From Novosphingobium sp. (GTDB taxonomy: Bacteria; Pseudomonadota; Alphaproteobacteria; Sphingomonadales; Sphingomonadaceae): 33,734 bases of DNA. Under the pieces are notes generated by a model. That model did not search any database. It saw only the letters and a list, made by a program, of their open reading frames with translations, and was not told the origin of the DNA. Of the stretch, positions 1 to 8,117 are shown piece after piece. Each line of letters starts with the position of its first letter. The first letter of the stretch is position 1. The DNA is taken from the NCBI GenBank assembly GCA_031362485.1, contig JANLSP010000021.1, forward strand, positions 1-33,734. Direction: 5' to 3'. The position numbers and the translations under genes are program-made.

Positions 1-279
1 CTCCACGCCTTCCCCCACCAGATAGGAAGATCCGGTGCAGGCAAAACCAAAGGCATCAGGACGAAAGCTGTCGAGACTGGCGATGGTGCTGTCCAGCTTC
101 TCCAGATACTCCACCAGCCGCCCGGCCGAATCCGCCGCGCGACTCTGCAACCGAGTCACATGCAGCGAGACGCGGCGGGGCAGCATGATGCCGAATTCGG
201 CTTCCACCGTGGGGTTCGCCTGCGGCGTCGCCACCACAACCCGTCCGGCACTGCCATAGTCCCGGCCCGGAAAGTTCAT
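1..279 (-). CDS. Asp/Glu racemase superfamily protein, maleate cis-trans isomerase/arylmalonate decarboxylase-like (partial, runs off window start)
   Basis: Not in the ORF track. Manual translation from ATG at 279 (ATGA overlap with the monooxygenase stop) gives MNFPGRDYGSAGRVVVATPQANPTVEAEFGIML...FGFACTGSSY, open to the window edge. P-x-x-N-x-T-x-E-x-E and A-C-T-x-x-S are typical of this family. Confidence 0.8.
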   Translation of the reverse strand, partial: MNFPGRDYGSAGRVVVATPQANPTVEAEFGIMLPRRVSLHVTRLQSRAADSAGRLVEYLEKLDSTIASLDSFRPDAFGFACTGSSYLVGEGVE

Positions 280-1481
280 GTGCTGGCCAACTGTTCGGCC
301 CGGCGCAGTCCGGCGATCATCGATGACTTCAGCAAATGCGCACGCAGCCGGTCCGGATCGTCAACCACCGCTTTCAAGGCGTCGAAGCTCTCACGGCGAC
401 GTCCGACATCGCGCTCCTGCATGCGGCTGCGGTTCTCATGCGCCTGAAGCAGAATTTCATCTGCCGCGATCGGGCGCCGGCTGCGGTTGTAGACGTCAAG
501 GCCCGCCGGATTGCCGCCCGGCCCAATCGCGTGGATCGCCGCCGTCAGCGCAAAGGCATCATGAATGCCGCCGTTCATGCCCATCCCTCCTGAGGGCGCG
601 TTGTTATGCGCTGCGTCCCCCGCCAGCAGCACACGGCCATGACGGAAATCATCAACGATCTTGCGGCGGATCCGGTAGGGTCGGCATTGCATGACTTCGT
701 AGGCCCGGTCTTGCGGCACGATGCGTTGTAGTTTGCGCTCGATGGCTTCGGGCATCAGCGCCGCCTCTATGCTTTCGTCTGCATCGGGATACAGGCTGCA
801 CCGCCACAACGAAGGGAGCCGCAACAGGCTGAACGTGCCGGCCCGCGTCCAGACGTAATTGACGTTGGAGAGGTCTTCGAGATGTCTTTCGAAAGGAAAG
901 GCGGTGGTGGCAAGGATGGTTGTCTCGGGATAGGTCTCGCCGGCCATGCTGAGGCCGAGATGCTCGCGCACCTGGCTGCGCGCGCCGTCAGCGGCGATCA
1001 GCAACCGGCCGGACACCGCCAGAGGCTCGCCGTCGGCGGTCGTCGCCCGGGCGGTCACGCTGTCAGCGTCCTGATCCACCGCATGAACCCGGCAGCCCAT
1101 CTGCAGCGTAACACCCGGCTCATCAGCAATCCGCGCCGCCAGCAGCCGGACGAGCCGGGACTGCTCGCATTGCAGCCGGTAGGGATGGCCAGTGTCCTGT
1201 GACAGCACGCCCAGATCAAAGACCACCCGCTCCTGGCTCTCGTGCATGCGGATCTGCCATTGCGGCGATACCAGCCCTTGCGCGATCAGTGGCGCCGCGA
1301 GCCCATAGCCCTCAAGCATGTCGAGCGTCGGCGGATGGAAGGTCGAGGCCCGCAGGTCATCGGCAAAGTCCATCTCGGCTTCCAGCACCGTCACGGCGAT
1401 GCCGAAGCCGGCAAGCCGAAGGGCCGCCATCAAGCCTACAGGGCCGCCCCCGACGACGATCACTTGCTGTTCGGTCTGCAT
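276..1481 (-). CDS. FAD-dependent monooxygenase (MhpA/PheA/TfdB-like aromatic hydroxylase family)
   Basis: GGGPVG Rossmann motif, ADGARS (DG motif) and GDAAH...GGMGMNGGIHDA (GD motif). Start moved to MQTEQQ at 1481, which has GGAGG upstream. Confidence 0.9.
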   Translation of the reverse strand: MQTEQQVIVVGGGPVGLMAALRLAGFGIAVTVLEAEMDFADDLRASTFHPPTLDMLEGYGLAAPLIAQGLVSPQWQIRMHESQERVVFDLGVLSQDTGHPYRLQCEQSRLVRLLAARIADEPGVTLQMGCRVHAVDQDADSVTARATTADGEPLAVSGRLLIAADGARSQVREHLGLSMAGETYPETTILATTAFPFERHLEDLSNVNYVWTRAGTFSLLRLPSLWRCSLYPDADESIEAALMPEAIERKLQRIVPQDRAYEVMQCRPYRIRRKIVDDFRHGRVLLAGDAAHNNAPSGGMGMNGGIHDAFALTAAIHAIGPGGNPAGLDVYNRSRRPIAADEILLQAHENRSRMQERDVGRRRESFDALKAVVDDPDRLRAHLLKSSMIAGLRRAEQLAST

Positions 1482-1654
1482 CCGCCCTCCGGGGCAGGGG
1501 GCAGAGGTCATCCCCCGACCTCGGCCAACCCCCTTGACTTGTAGCAAAAAAGATACAGCACGCAAGCGCAATGTCTTGCGGGTTCACTCAGGCCGCGCCA
1601 CATCCCCGTCATATCATTCAGGGCGTGTCAGCGATCTCAACCCGCCGCTTTTCA

Positions 1655-1694
1655 CTTGTGTTTAGATAGACACAAGGGCATGTTTGTCAACATG
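1655..1694. promoter_or_regulatory. Candidate operator palindromes and a possible sigma70 promoter in the divergent intergenic region
   Basis: CTTGTGTTTA-GA-TAGACACAAG (1655-1676; 9/10 arm match) and CATGTT-TGTC-AACATG (1679-1694). Minus-strand TTGACA (1690-1685), 16 nt spacer, then TATCTA (1668-1663), pointing at the monooxygenase. Confidence 0.5.
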
Positions 1695-1724
1695 AGGTGA
1701 TCAGCCTGGAGGCAGGGACAAACA

Positions 1725-2678
1725 ATGCGCAGCTACCTGGATTCTGGGCTGCGACTACTCTTCGATCTCGCCTTGCTGCTGCTCGGCACCATCACCCTGC
1801 TGTTCTTCCTGCTGCGCCTTACCGGCGATCCGGCGCTGGTCATCGCCGGCCCCGATGCCGGGCCCGATCAGGTTGCGGCCATCCGCGCCGCCTATGGCTT
1901 CGATCAGAGCGTGGCTGTCCAATATGGCCGGTACATCCTCAATTTGCTCAATCTCGATTTCGGCCAGTCGCTTGTCGATGGCACTCCTGCGCTTACCAAG
2001 GTTCTAGATGCAATGCCGGCAACCCTGCTGCTCGGCTCGCTCGCTATGGCGCTCACGCTGCTGATCGCGCTGCCTGCCGGCCTCTGGCTCGGGTCAACCC
2101 GGCGCCGCGGCGCGGCCCGGCTGTCGCGCGCCACGCTGTTCATCCTCCAGGGCTTTCCGGGCTTTGTCATCGCCCTGCTGCTGGTCCAGCTGTTCGCCAT
2201 CCAGCTTGTCTGGCTACCGGCGCTTGGCAACAGCGGCCCCTCAAGCTGGATCTTGCCAGCTGTCTCGGTCGCCTCTTTCCTCGCGCCCAAGCTAATCCGG
2301 CTGGTGGAGGCCAATACCGCCGCCATCATGCCATCCAATTTCATCCGCACGGCCCGCGCCAACGGCGTGCCGGAGGGCGAGATCCTCTATCGCCACGCTG
2401 CGCCCAACGCGCTGCTGGGCGCCATCGCGCTGATCGGTGCCCAGTTCGCCTTTCTCGTCACTGGTCTGGTCATCATCGAGGCGATCTTTGCGTGGCCGGG
2501 TATCGGCTGGCTGCTGGTGCAGTCCACGGTCAATCTGGATTTCCCGGTCGTGCAGGCCATCACCTTCACCATCGTCATCGCCGTCTTCATCGTCAACGCG
2601 CTGACGGAGCTGTTGCAGCGCCGCCTTGATCCTCGCCCCGCTTCGCGGTCAAACCCGGCGCATGGTCGCCTCTGGTGA
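1725..2678 (+). CDS. dppB: Dpp/Opp-family ABC transporter permease (DppB-like)
   Basis: GDPA...YGFDQ...QY..Y...L...DFGQS N-terminal signature, about 6 TM segments, EAA-like FIRTARANG, IIEAIFAWPGIG. Confidence 0.88.
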   Translation: MRSYLDSGLRLLFDLALLLLGTITLLFFLLRLTGDPALVIAGPDAGPDQVAAIRAAYGFDQSVAVQYGRYILNLLNLDFGQSLVDGTPALTKVLDAMPATLLLGSLAMALTLLIALPAGLWLGSTRRRGAARLSRATLFILQGFPGFVIALLLVQLFAIQLVWLPALGNSGPSSWILPAVSVASFLAPKLIRLVEANTAAIMPSNFIRTARANGVPEGEILYRHAAPNALLGAIALIGAQFAFLVTGLVIIEAIFAWPGIGWLLVQSTVNLDFPVVQAITFTIVIAVFIVNALTELLQRRLDPRPASRSNPAHGRLW

Positions 2679-3493
2679 TGGCGGTCATGACTTCGCCATC
2701 GCCCGATCGCTGGATGCAGCTCGGCCTCGCGCTCATCGCCGGCCTTGCCGTGCTGGCGCTGGCCGGTCCGCTACTGCCCGGGGTTGATCCGGATTTCATC
2801 CGCCTGCATGACCGGCTGCTGCCGCCGTTCAGCCACGGCTATCTGCTGGGCACCGATCATCTCGGCCGCAGCATCTCCGCCCGCCTGCTCGCCGGCCTGC
2901 AATGGTCGATGGCCACCGCCGGGCTGGCGACGCTGATTGCCTTTGTTCTGGGCACCAGCCTGGGGCTCGTGGCGGCGTCGGGCCGCTGGCCTGTGGCCGG
3001 GCTGGTCAGCCAGATCACGGCGCTGGCGCAGGCCTTTCCGGTGTTCGTGCTGGCCGCCGCCATCATCGCCATTGTCGGCAATGGCTATTGGGCGGTGGTG
3101 ACAACGCTGGGGCTGGTGACCTGGCCGGTGTTTGCCCGGGTTGTGGCGGCAGAGGCAGCAAGCCTGTTCAGCCGCGAATATGTGCTCGCCGCCAGCATGA
3201 TGCAGATGTCCTGGTTGCGGCTGCTGGTCTGGCACATCCTGCCCGGGCTTGTGCCCAGCCTCGCCGTGCTTGGCGCCTTCCACTTCGCCGACATGCTGAT
3301 TGCCGAAAGCGCGCTCTCTTTTCTTGGCATCGGCGCGCCGCTTGGTGCTTCTACCTGGGGGGCGATGCTGAGCGAGAGCCGGGCCTATCTGCTGACGGCC
3401 CCCTGGACCTTGCTGGTGCCGGCGGGTGCAGTGGTGTTGGTGGTGATCGCCTTCAATCTGGTCGGCGATGCGCTGCGCCGGAAGTTCCTCTGA
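2675..3493 (+). CDS. dppC: Dpp/Opp-family ABC transporter permease (DppC-like)
   Basis: LLGTDHLGR, EYVLAA, HILP, ESALSFLGIG...WGAML. Start is GTG 2675 or ATG 2678, overlapping the upstream stop. Confidence 0.88.
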   Translation: MMAVMTSPSPDRWMQLGLALIAGLAVLALAGPLLPGVDPDFIRLHDRLLPPFSHGYLLGTDHLGRSISARLLAGLQWSMATAGLATLIAFVLGTSLGLVAASGRWPVAGLVSQITALAQAFPVFVLAAAIIAIVGNGYWAVVTTLGLVTWPVFARVVAAEAASLFSREYVLAASMMQMSWLRLLVWHILPGLVPSLAVLGAFHFADMLIAESALSFLGIGAPLGASTWGAMLSESRAYLLTAPWTLLVPAGAVVLVVIAFNLVGDALRRKFL

Positions 3494-3494
3494 A

Positions 3495-4292
3495 ATGTCA
3501 GAGGCGCCCGCCCTTGTTGTCGATCGACTGTCCATCGCAGTTGCAGACACGCCGCTCGTCAACGATATCTCTTTCCATGTCGCGCGCGGCGAGGTGCTCG
3601 GCATCGTCGGAGAATCCGGCTCGGGCAAGTCGCTGACCGCACTCGCCGTCGCCGGTCTGCTGCCGGATGAGCTGAGCGTCACCAATGGAGACATCCGCAT
3701 CGCGGGCGAGGATGTGCTGCGCCTGGCTCCGGATGAGCGGCGGCGGCTGGGCGGCAGCCGGATCGGTTTTGTCTTTCAGGATCCGCTGTCCAGCCTCAAT
3801 CCGGTGCGGCGTATCGGCACTGCGCTGGTCGAATCGGCGATGCGCCACCGCGGCCTCGGGGCCGCCGCCGCACGGACCCTCGCGCTGGCGCGGCTCGCAG
3901 ACATGCAGCTACGCGATCCCGAGCGGCTGATTGACAGCTATCCGCATCAGCTTTCCGGCGGCCAGCGCCAGCGAGTGATGATCGCGCTGGCGCTCATCAA
4001 CGATCCGCCCTTGCTGATCGCCGATGAGCCGACAACGGCCCTTGATGCGACCGTGCAACGCGCCATCCTCGCGCTGCTGCGCCGCCATGCAGCAGACCGC
4101 GCGACCATCCTCATTACCCATGACCTGGGGGTCGCGGTATCGCTCTGCAACCGGATCATGGTTATGCACGAGGGGGCCATTGTCGAAACAGGCGAGGCAA
4201 GGGCCGTGCTGTCCGCCCCGACCATGGACTACACGAAGCGGCTGATCGCCGCCCGGCTGTCGCTCGGCAAGCAGCAAGGAGCGGCCGCATGA
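3495..4292 (+). CDS. dppD: Dpp/Opp-family ABC ATPase (DppD-like)
   Basis: Walker A GESGSGKS, FQDP.SSLNP, YPHQLSGGQRQR, Walker B LLIADEPT, ITHD. ATG at 3495, 1 nt after the dppC stop. Confidence 0.88.
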   Translation: MSEAPALVVDRLSIAVADTPLVNDISFHVARGEVLGIVGESGSGKSLTALAVAGLLPDELSVTNGDIRIAGEDVLRLAPDERRRLGGSRIGFVFQDPLSSLNPVRRIGTALVESAMRHRGLGAAAARTLALARLADMQLRDPERLIDSYPHQLSGGQRQRVMIALALINDPPLLIADEPTTALDATVQRAILALLRRHAADRATILITHDLGVAVSLCNRIMVMHEGAIVETGEARAVLSAPTMDYTKRLIAARLSLGKQQGAAA

Positions 4293-5131
4293 TCGTGTCG
4301 CCATCACGCGCGCCCTTGCTGGTCGTTGATGATCTCTCGGTTGTCTATCCCGGCCCGCACCCCGTGCGTGCGCTCGATCGCTGCAGCCTCGCCGTTGCGC
4401 GCGGCGAGATCAGTGCGCTCGTCGGCGAGTCCGGATCGGGCAAGTCCACCATGGCGCGTGCCATCGCTGGGCTGGTCACGCCCGTCAGCGGCCGGATCAG
4501 CCTCGATGGCATCGCCCTCGCGAGCCAGCGCGGCCATGCGGCGCGCACCGCGCGCCGCCGCATCCAGATGGTGTTTCAGGATCCCGATGCCAGCCTCAAT
4601 CCCTGGCATCGCATCGCCACCACACTGGCCGAACCGCTCCGGGTGTGCGGCCTTTCGGACCCGGCCCAAATCGAGTGCCGGGTCGCCGAATTGCTGGCGA
4701 TGGTCCAGCTCGATCCGGCGCTGATGGGCCGGCGCCCGCGTGAGCTCTCTGGCGGGCAGAAGCAGCGTGTGGCCATCGCCCGCGCGCTGGCCATGCAACC
4801 GGACCTGCTGATCGCCGACGAAGCGCTGTCGGCGCTCGACGTCTCCACCCAGGCCATGGTGGGCGGTTTGTTGCGTGACCTGTGCGACCGGCTTTCGCTT
4901 GCCATCCTGTTCATTTCGCATGACCTTCTCATGGTCCGTCATCTGGCCGACTGGGTGGCGATCATGCATGGCGGCCGCATTCTTGAACAAGGCGCCTGTG
5001 CTGCCGTGCTCGATGCCCCGACGCATCGCTATACAAGGCTGCTGCTCGATGCGACACCCGATCTGGCGCGCGGCGGCATCAATCTCGATGTAGAAGACGC
5101 GTTGGTCGATACCGAAGGAGATATGGCATGA
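4289..5131 (+). CDS. dppF: Dpp/Opp-family ABC ATPase (DppF-like)
   Basis: GESGSGKST, IQMVFQDP, LSGGQKQR, IADEALSALDVS, ISHDL; ATGA overlap. Confidence 0.88.
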   Translation: MIVSPSRAPLLVVDDLSVVYPGPHPVRALDRCSLAVARGEISALVGESGSGKSTMARAIAGLVTPVSGRISLDGIALASQRGHAARTARRRIQMVFQDPDASLNPWHRIATTLAEPLRVCGLSDPAQIECRVAELLAMVQLDPALMGRRPRELSGGQKQRVAIARALAMQPDLLIADEALSALDVSTQAMVGGLLRDLCDRLSLAILFISHDLLMVRHLADWVAIMHGGRILEQGACAAVLDAPTHRYTRLLLDATPDLARGGINLDVEDALVDTEGDMA

Positions 5132-6243
5132 AGGTACGCGATCTGCACCATGCATTGCTGCCCGTCCTCAATGAGGAGGATCGCAGCCGCCAGCGGATGG
5201 TGGTTTCTCTGCGCAAGATGATCAACGGCCGGCTGCGGCCCCGCAATATCGGTCTCTATCAACGCGAAGGCGCCCCGGCGTTCGAACAACAACATGGCCG
5301 CGCGCCCCAGTCGCCTGATGAGATGACCGACGCCATGTTCCTGTCCCCGCGCTACCGGATGTGGAGCGGGCTCAGCCGCGCTTCGCAGGAAATGATCTGG
5401 ATCAGCGTCGGCACGACGCTTCTGCGCGAGATGGACAAGACCAAGGCTGCGGCCGCCGCTCAGCCGATGCTCGGCTCCCTCCATCTCGATCCGGATTTTG
5501 TTCCCCCCGCCGAAATTGCCGACGTCGATATCCATCTCCAGCCCGGCGGCTATGCGCTTGACCGTGGCGACGAGGATCTTCTCGCTGGCGCTCTTTACGA
5601 AGCGGGCGGCAACATTTATGCCTTTGGTCAGGGCATCGGCAAGGGCGACAGCAAAGCCGGTGCGGTCATCCGCCATCTCGAAACCGGTCGCCCCGGCCTG
5701 CATTCCGCGCGCATCGTCGATCTCGGCTGCTCGGCAGGGGCTGCCACCTGCGCCTGGGCGCATCAGTACCCGGATGCAGAAGTGCACGGCGTCGATATCG
5801 GCGCCGGCATGTTGCGTTATGCGCATGCCCGCGCCAGGGCGCTGGGCGTGGCCGTTCACTTTCATCAGGCCAGCGTCTCCCGCCTCCACATGCTGGAAGA
5901 CAACAGCGTGGATCTCGTTGTGTCGCACAATCTGCTGCATGAAATCGGCCGCGAAAACCGCCGTGCCATGTTTGCCGAAACCCTGCGCGTGCTGCGGCCG
6001 GGCGGTCTGGCGCTGCACCAGGATGTCCCGATCCGGGCGCTGCCGGATGCCGTTGTTCAGGCCGAGCGGGCATGGGACACGACCTTTAATGGTGAGGACT
6101 TCTGGAGCATGTATTCCGGCGATGACCTGCTGGCCGAAATGCACGCTGCTGGCTTCCCAGAGGGTGCGGTTACCGAACACCGGCTGAGCCAGATCGATGG
6201 GGCGGCCGGCTGGTATCTGCTGGCGGGCGAGAAACCGGCTTGA
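5128..6243 (+). CDS. Class I SAM-dependent methyltransferase A with long N-terminal extension
   Basis: Motif I IVDLGCSAG, motif II VHGVDIG, SVDLVVSHNLLHE, LRPGG; DIHLQPGG motif; GAAGGAG RBS; ATGA overlap. Confidence 0.85.
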   Translation: MKVRDLHHALLPVLNEEDRSRQRMVVSLRKMINGRLRPRNIGLYQREGAPAFEQQHGRAPQSPDEMTDAMFLSPRYRMWSGLSRASQEMIWISVGTTLLREMDKTKAAAAAQPMLGSLHLDPDFVPPAEIADVDIHLQPGGYALDRGDEDLLAGALYEAGGNIYAFGQGIGKGDSKAGAVIRHLETGRPGLHSARIVDLGCSAGAATCAWAHQYPDAEVHGVDIGAGMLRYAHARARALGVAVHFHQASVSRLHMLEDNSVDLVVSHNLLHEIGRENRRAMFAETLRVLRPGGLALHQDVPIRALPDAVVQAERAWDTTFNGEDFWSMYSGDDLLAEMHAAGFPEGAVTEHRLSQIDGAAGWYLLAGEKPA

Positions 6244-7781
6244 TCAGGCGGGCGCTTCTTGGTCTGTTGCTGCTGGCATCGCTGCTTGCTGCTTTGCTGG
6301 TCTGGCGGGCGGCGGAAGCGCCGCCGCCCGCCGGCGACCGCACTTTGCGGGTCGGGGTCAACACGCTGCCGGTCAGCCTCGGCAATCCGTTCCGGGGCAA
6401 TGGCCGGCCCAGCACGCTCGTCTGGAATTCGCTGTTCGATGGCCTCACCCAGATTGCGCCCGATGGCCAGCTGGTTCCTTCGCTGGCGCTGCGCTGGACC
6501 GCAACCGCACCTACCGTCTGGCGCTTCGAGCTGCGGCCCGGTGTGCGCTATGCCAATGGCCGGCCGTTCAATGCCGGCGCCGCCGTACGCGTTCTCAACT
6601 GGCTGATCTCGCCTGATGGCCGCCGCACGGTCATTGGCAATGAAGTCCGGCTGGTCCAGTCGGTGCGGGCTGTCGGCCCCCTGACTCTCGAACTGATCAC
6701 CTCGCAGCCCGATCCGATCCTGCCCAAGCGGCTGGTCGCCGCCATGATGGTCGAGCCCGATCTCTGGGAAAAGCTCGGCCCGGAGGGTTTCGCCCTGCAG
6801 CCGGTCGGGACGGGGCCCTATCTGATGACCGGATGGGACCAACGCCGTCGCCGCGCCACTGCGGTGCGCAATCCCCATAGCTGGCGGGCCGTGAGTTTTG
6901 ATGCGGTCAGCTGGATCGAGTTGCCGGAGGCCGCGGTGCGCACGCAGGCGCTGCTCTCGGGCGATGTCGATATCAGCCCCATCGAGATCGAGGAGATGGA
7001 CCGGCTGGTCGATCGGCGCTTCCCCATCGTCACCGCACCGTCAATGTCGGTGATGTCAGTCGCTTTCATTACCCAACGCAAGTCCCCGCACCCCGTGCAG
7101 GACGTGAGGGTGCGCCGTGCCCTCAACTATGCCGTCGACAAGCAGGCGCTCTCTTCAATCCTGCTGCGCGGGCTGGGCCGCGCATCCGGCCAGCCGGCCG
7201 CACACATGACGACCGGCTATAATCCGGCGGTGAGTCCCTATCCCCACGATCCGGCACTGGCCCGGCGTCTCCTCGCCGAAGCCGGTTATAAATCCGGCTT
7301 TCCGCTGGAAATCGAAATCCAGATCAATGCCTTTCCCGCCGATTCGCTCATCTATCAGAGCGTTGCCCATGATCTGCGCCAGGTCGGCATTCGTCCGGTA
7401 CTGCGTTCAATCACCTTCGCCGATTATCTGCGCAAACTGGCGAAAAACGCCTGGGCCGGGGATGGTTTTGGCGCCTCCTGGAACAGCGCACCATACAACG
7501 ACATAACCCGGGCGCTCGAAAGTTTCTCGTGCAAACGCCCCAATGCCTTTTATTGTGATGTAGCGCTCGCCGATAGGCTCACCAAAGCTAGCCAGCTCGG
7601 CAATGACACAGCGCGCGCCGCCGCGATGGCTGATCTGGCGCAGCGTTATCATGACGCAGCCCCTTCGCTGTTTTTGGTCGAGCAGGTGGACATGTTTGCC
7701 CATCGCCCGGGGCTGGCCGGGGTCCGTATCATCAACCGTGTGCCGGCGCTTGAGCAAATCACCAACCGGAGCGGATCATGA
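6240..7781 (+). CDS. Family 5 ABC solute-binding protein (DppA/OppA-like)
   Basis: Hydrophobic N-terminal signal/anchor, LFDGL...PSLA..W, FELRPGV, PVGTGPY, DVRVRRALNYAVD, ARRLLAEAGY. TTG start overlaps the methyltransferase stop. Confidence 0.88.
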   Translation: MIRRALLGLLLLASLLAALLVWRAAEAPPPAGDRTLRVGVNTLPVSLGNPFRGNGRPSTLVWNSLFDGLTQIAPDGQLVPSLALRWTATAPTVWRFELRPGVRYANGRPFNAGAAVRVLNWLISPDGRRTVIGNEVRLVQSVRAVGPLTLELITSQPDPILPKRLVAAMMVEPDLWEKLGPEGFALQPVGTGPYLMTGWDQRRRRATAVRNPHSWRAVSFDAVSWIELPEAAVRTQALLSGDVDISPIEIEEMDRLVDRRFPIVTAPSMSVMSVAFITQRKSPHPVQDVRVRRALNYAVDKQALSSILLRGLGRASGQPAAHMTTGYNPAVSPYPHDPALARRLLAEAGYKSGFPLEIEIQINAFPADSLIYQSVAHDLRQVGIRPVLRSITFADYLRKLAKNAWAGDGFGASWNSAPYNDITRALESFSCKRPNAFYCDVALADRLTKASQLGNDTARAAAMADLAQRYHDAAPSLFLVEQVDMFAHRPGLAGVRIINRVPALEQITNRSGS

Positions 7782-8116
7782 CCCAAGCCGATGACATATT
7801 GGAGATCGTCCGTGCCGGTCAGGGCCTGCGCCCGGCGAGCCTTGAAAGCCAGGAAACAGAAGATGTTCTGACCATCACGCTGGCCCTGCTGGTCGAACTG
7901 GGGGTGGCGCTCGACCGCATCGACCGTCTCGAACGCGTCGTCGCCGGCCTTGCCGGCCAGACCCCCGAGCGACTGCGCGAAGCACCGCTCGGTGCCGAGG
8001 CAGACGCTGAGCGCGAGGCCCGGCAATCGGCTTTGATTGCCCGTGCCTTGCGGATTTTTTTCGACGGGCGAACACCCGTCACGCGTGCCCAGTACAATCA
8101 AAACAGGAGCGACTGA
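7778..8116 (+). CDS. Small alpha-helical hypothetical protein A (112 aa)
   Basis: ATGA overlap with the SBP stop; ends 1 nt before the TBDR start; similar to 11285-11563. Confidence 0.78.
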   Translation: MTQADDILEIVRAGQGLRPASLESQETEDVLTITLALLVELGVALDRIDRLERVVAGLAGQTPERLREAPLGAEADAEREARQSALIARALRIFFDGRTPVTRAQYNQNRSD

Positions 8117-8117
8117 C

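Noticed and set aside
1534-1562. Plus-strand TTGACT as the -35 of the ABC operon
   Set aside because: No convincing -10 hexamer at 16-18 nt spacing.
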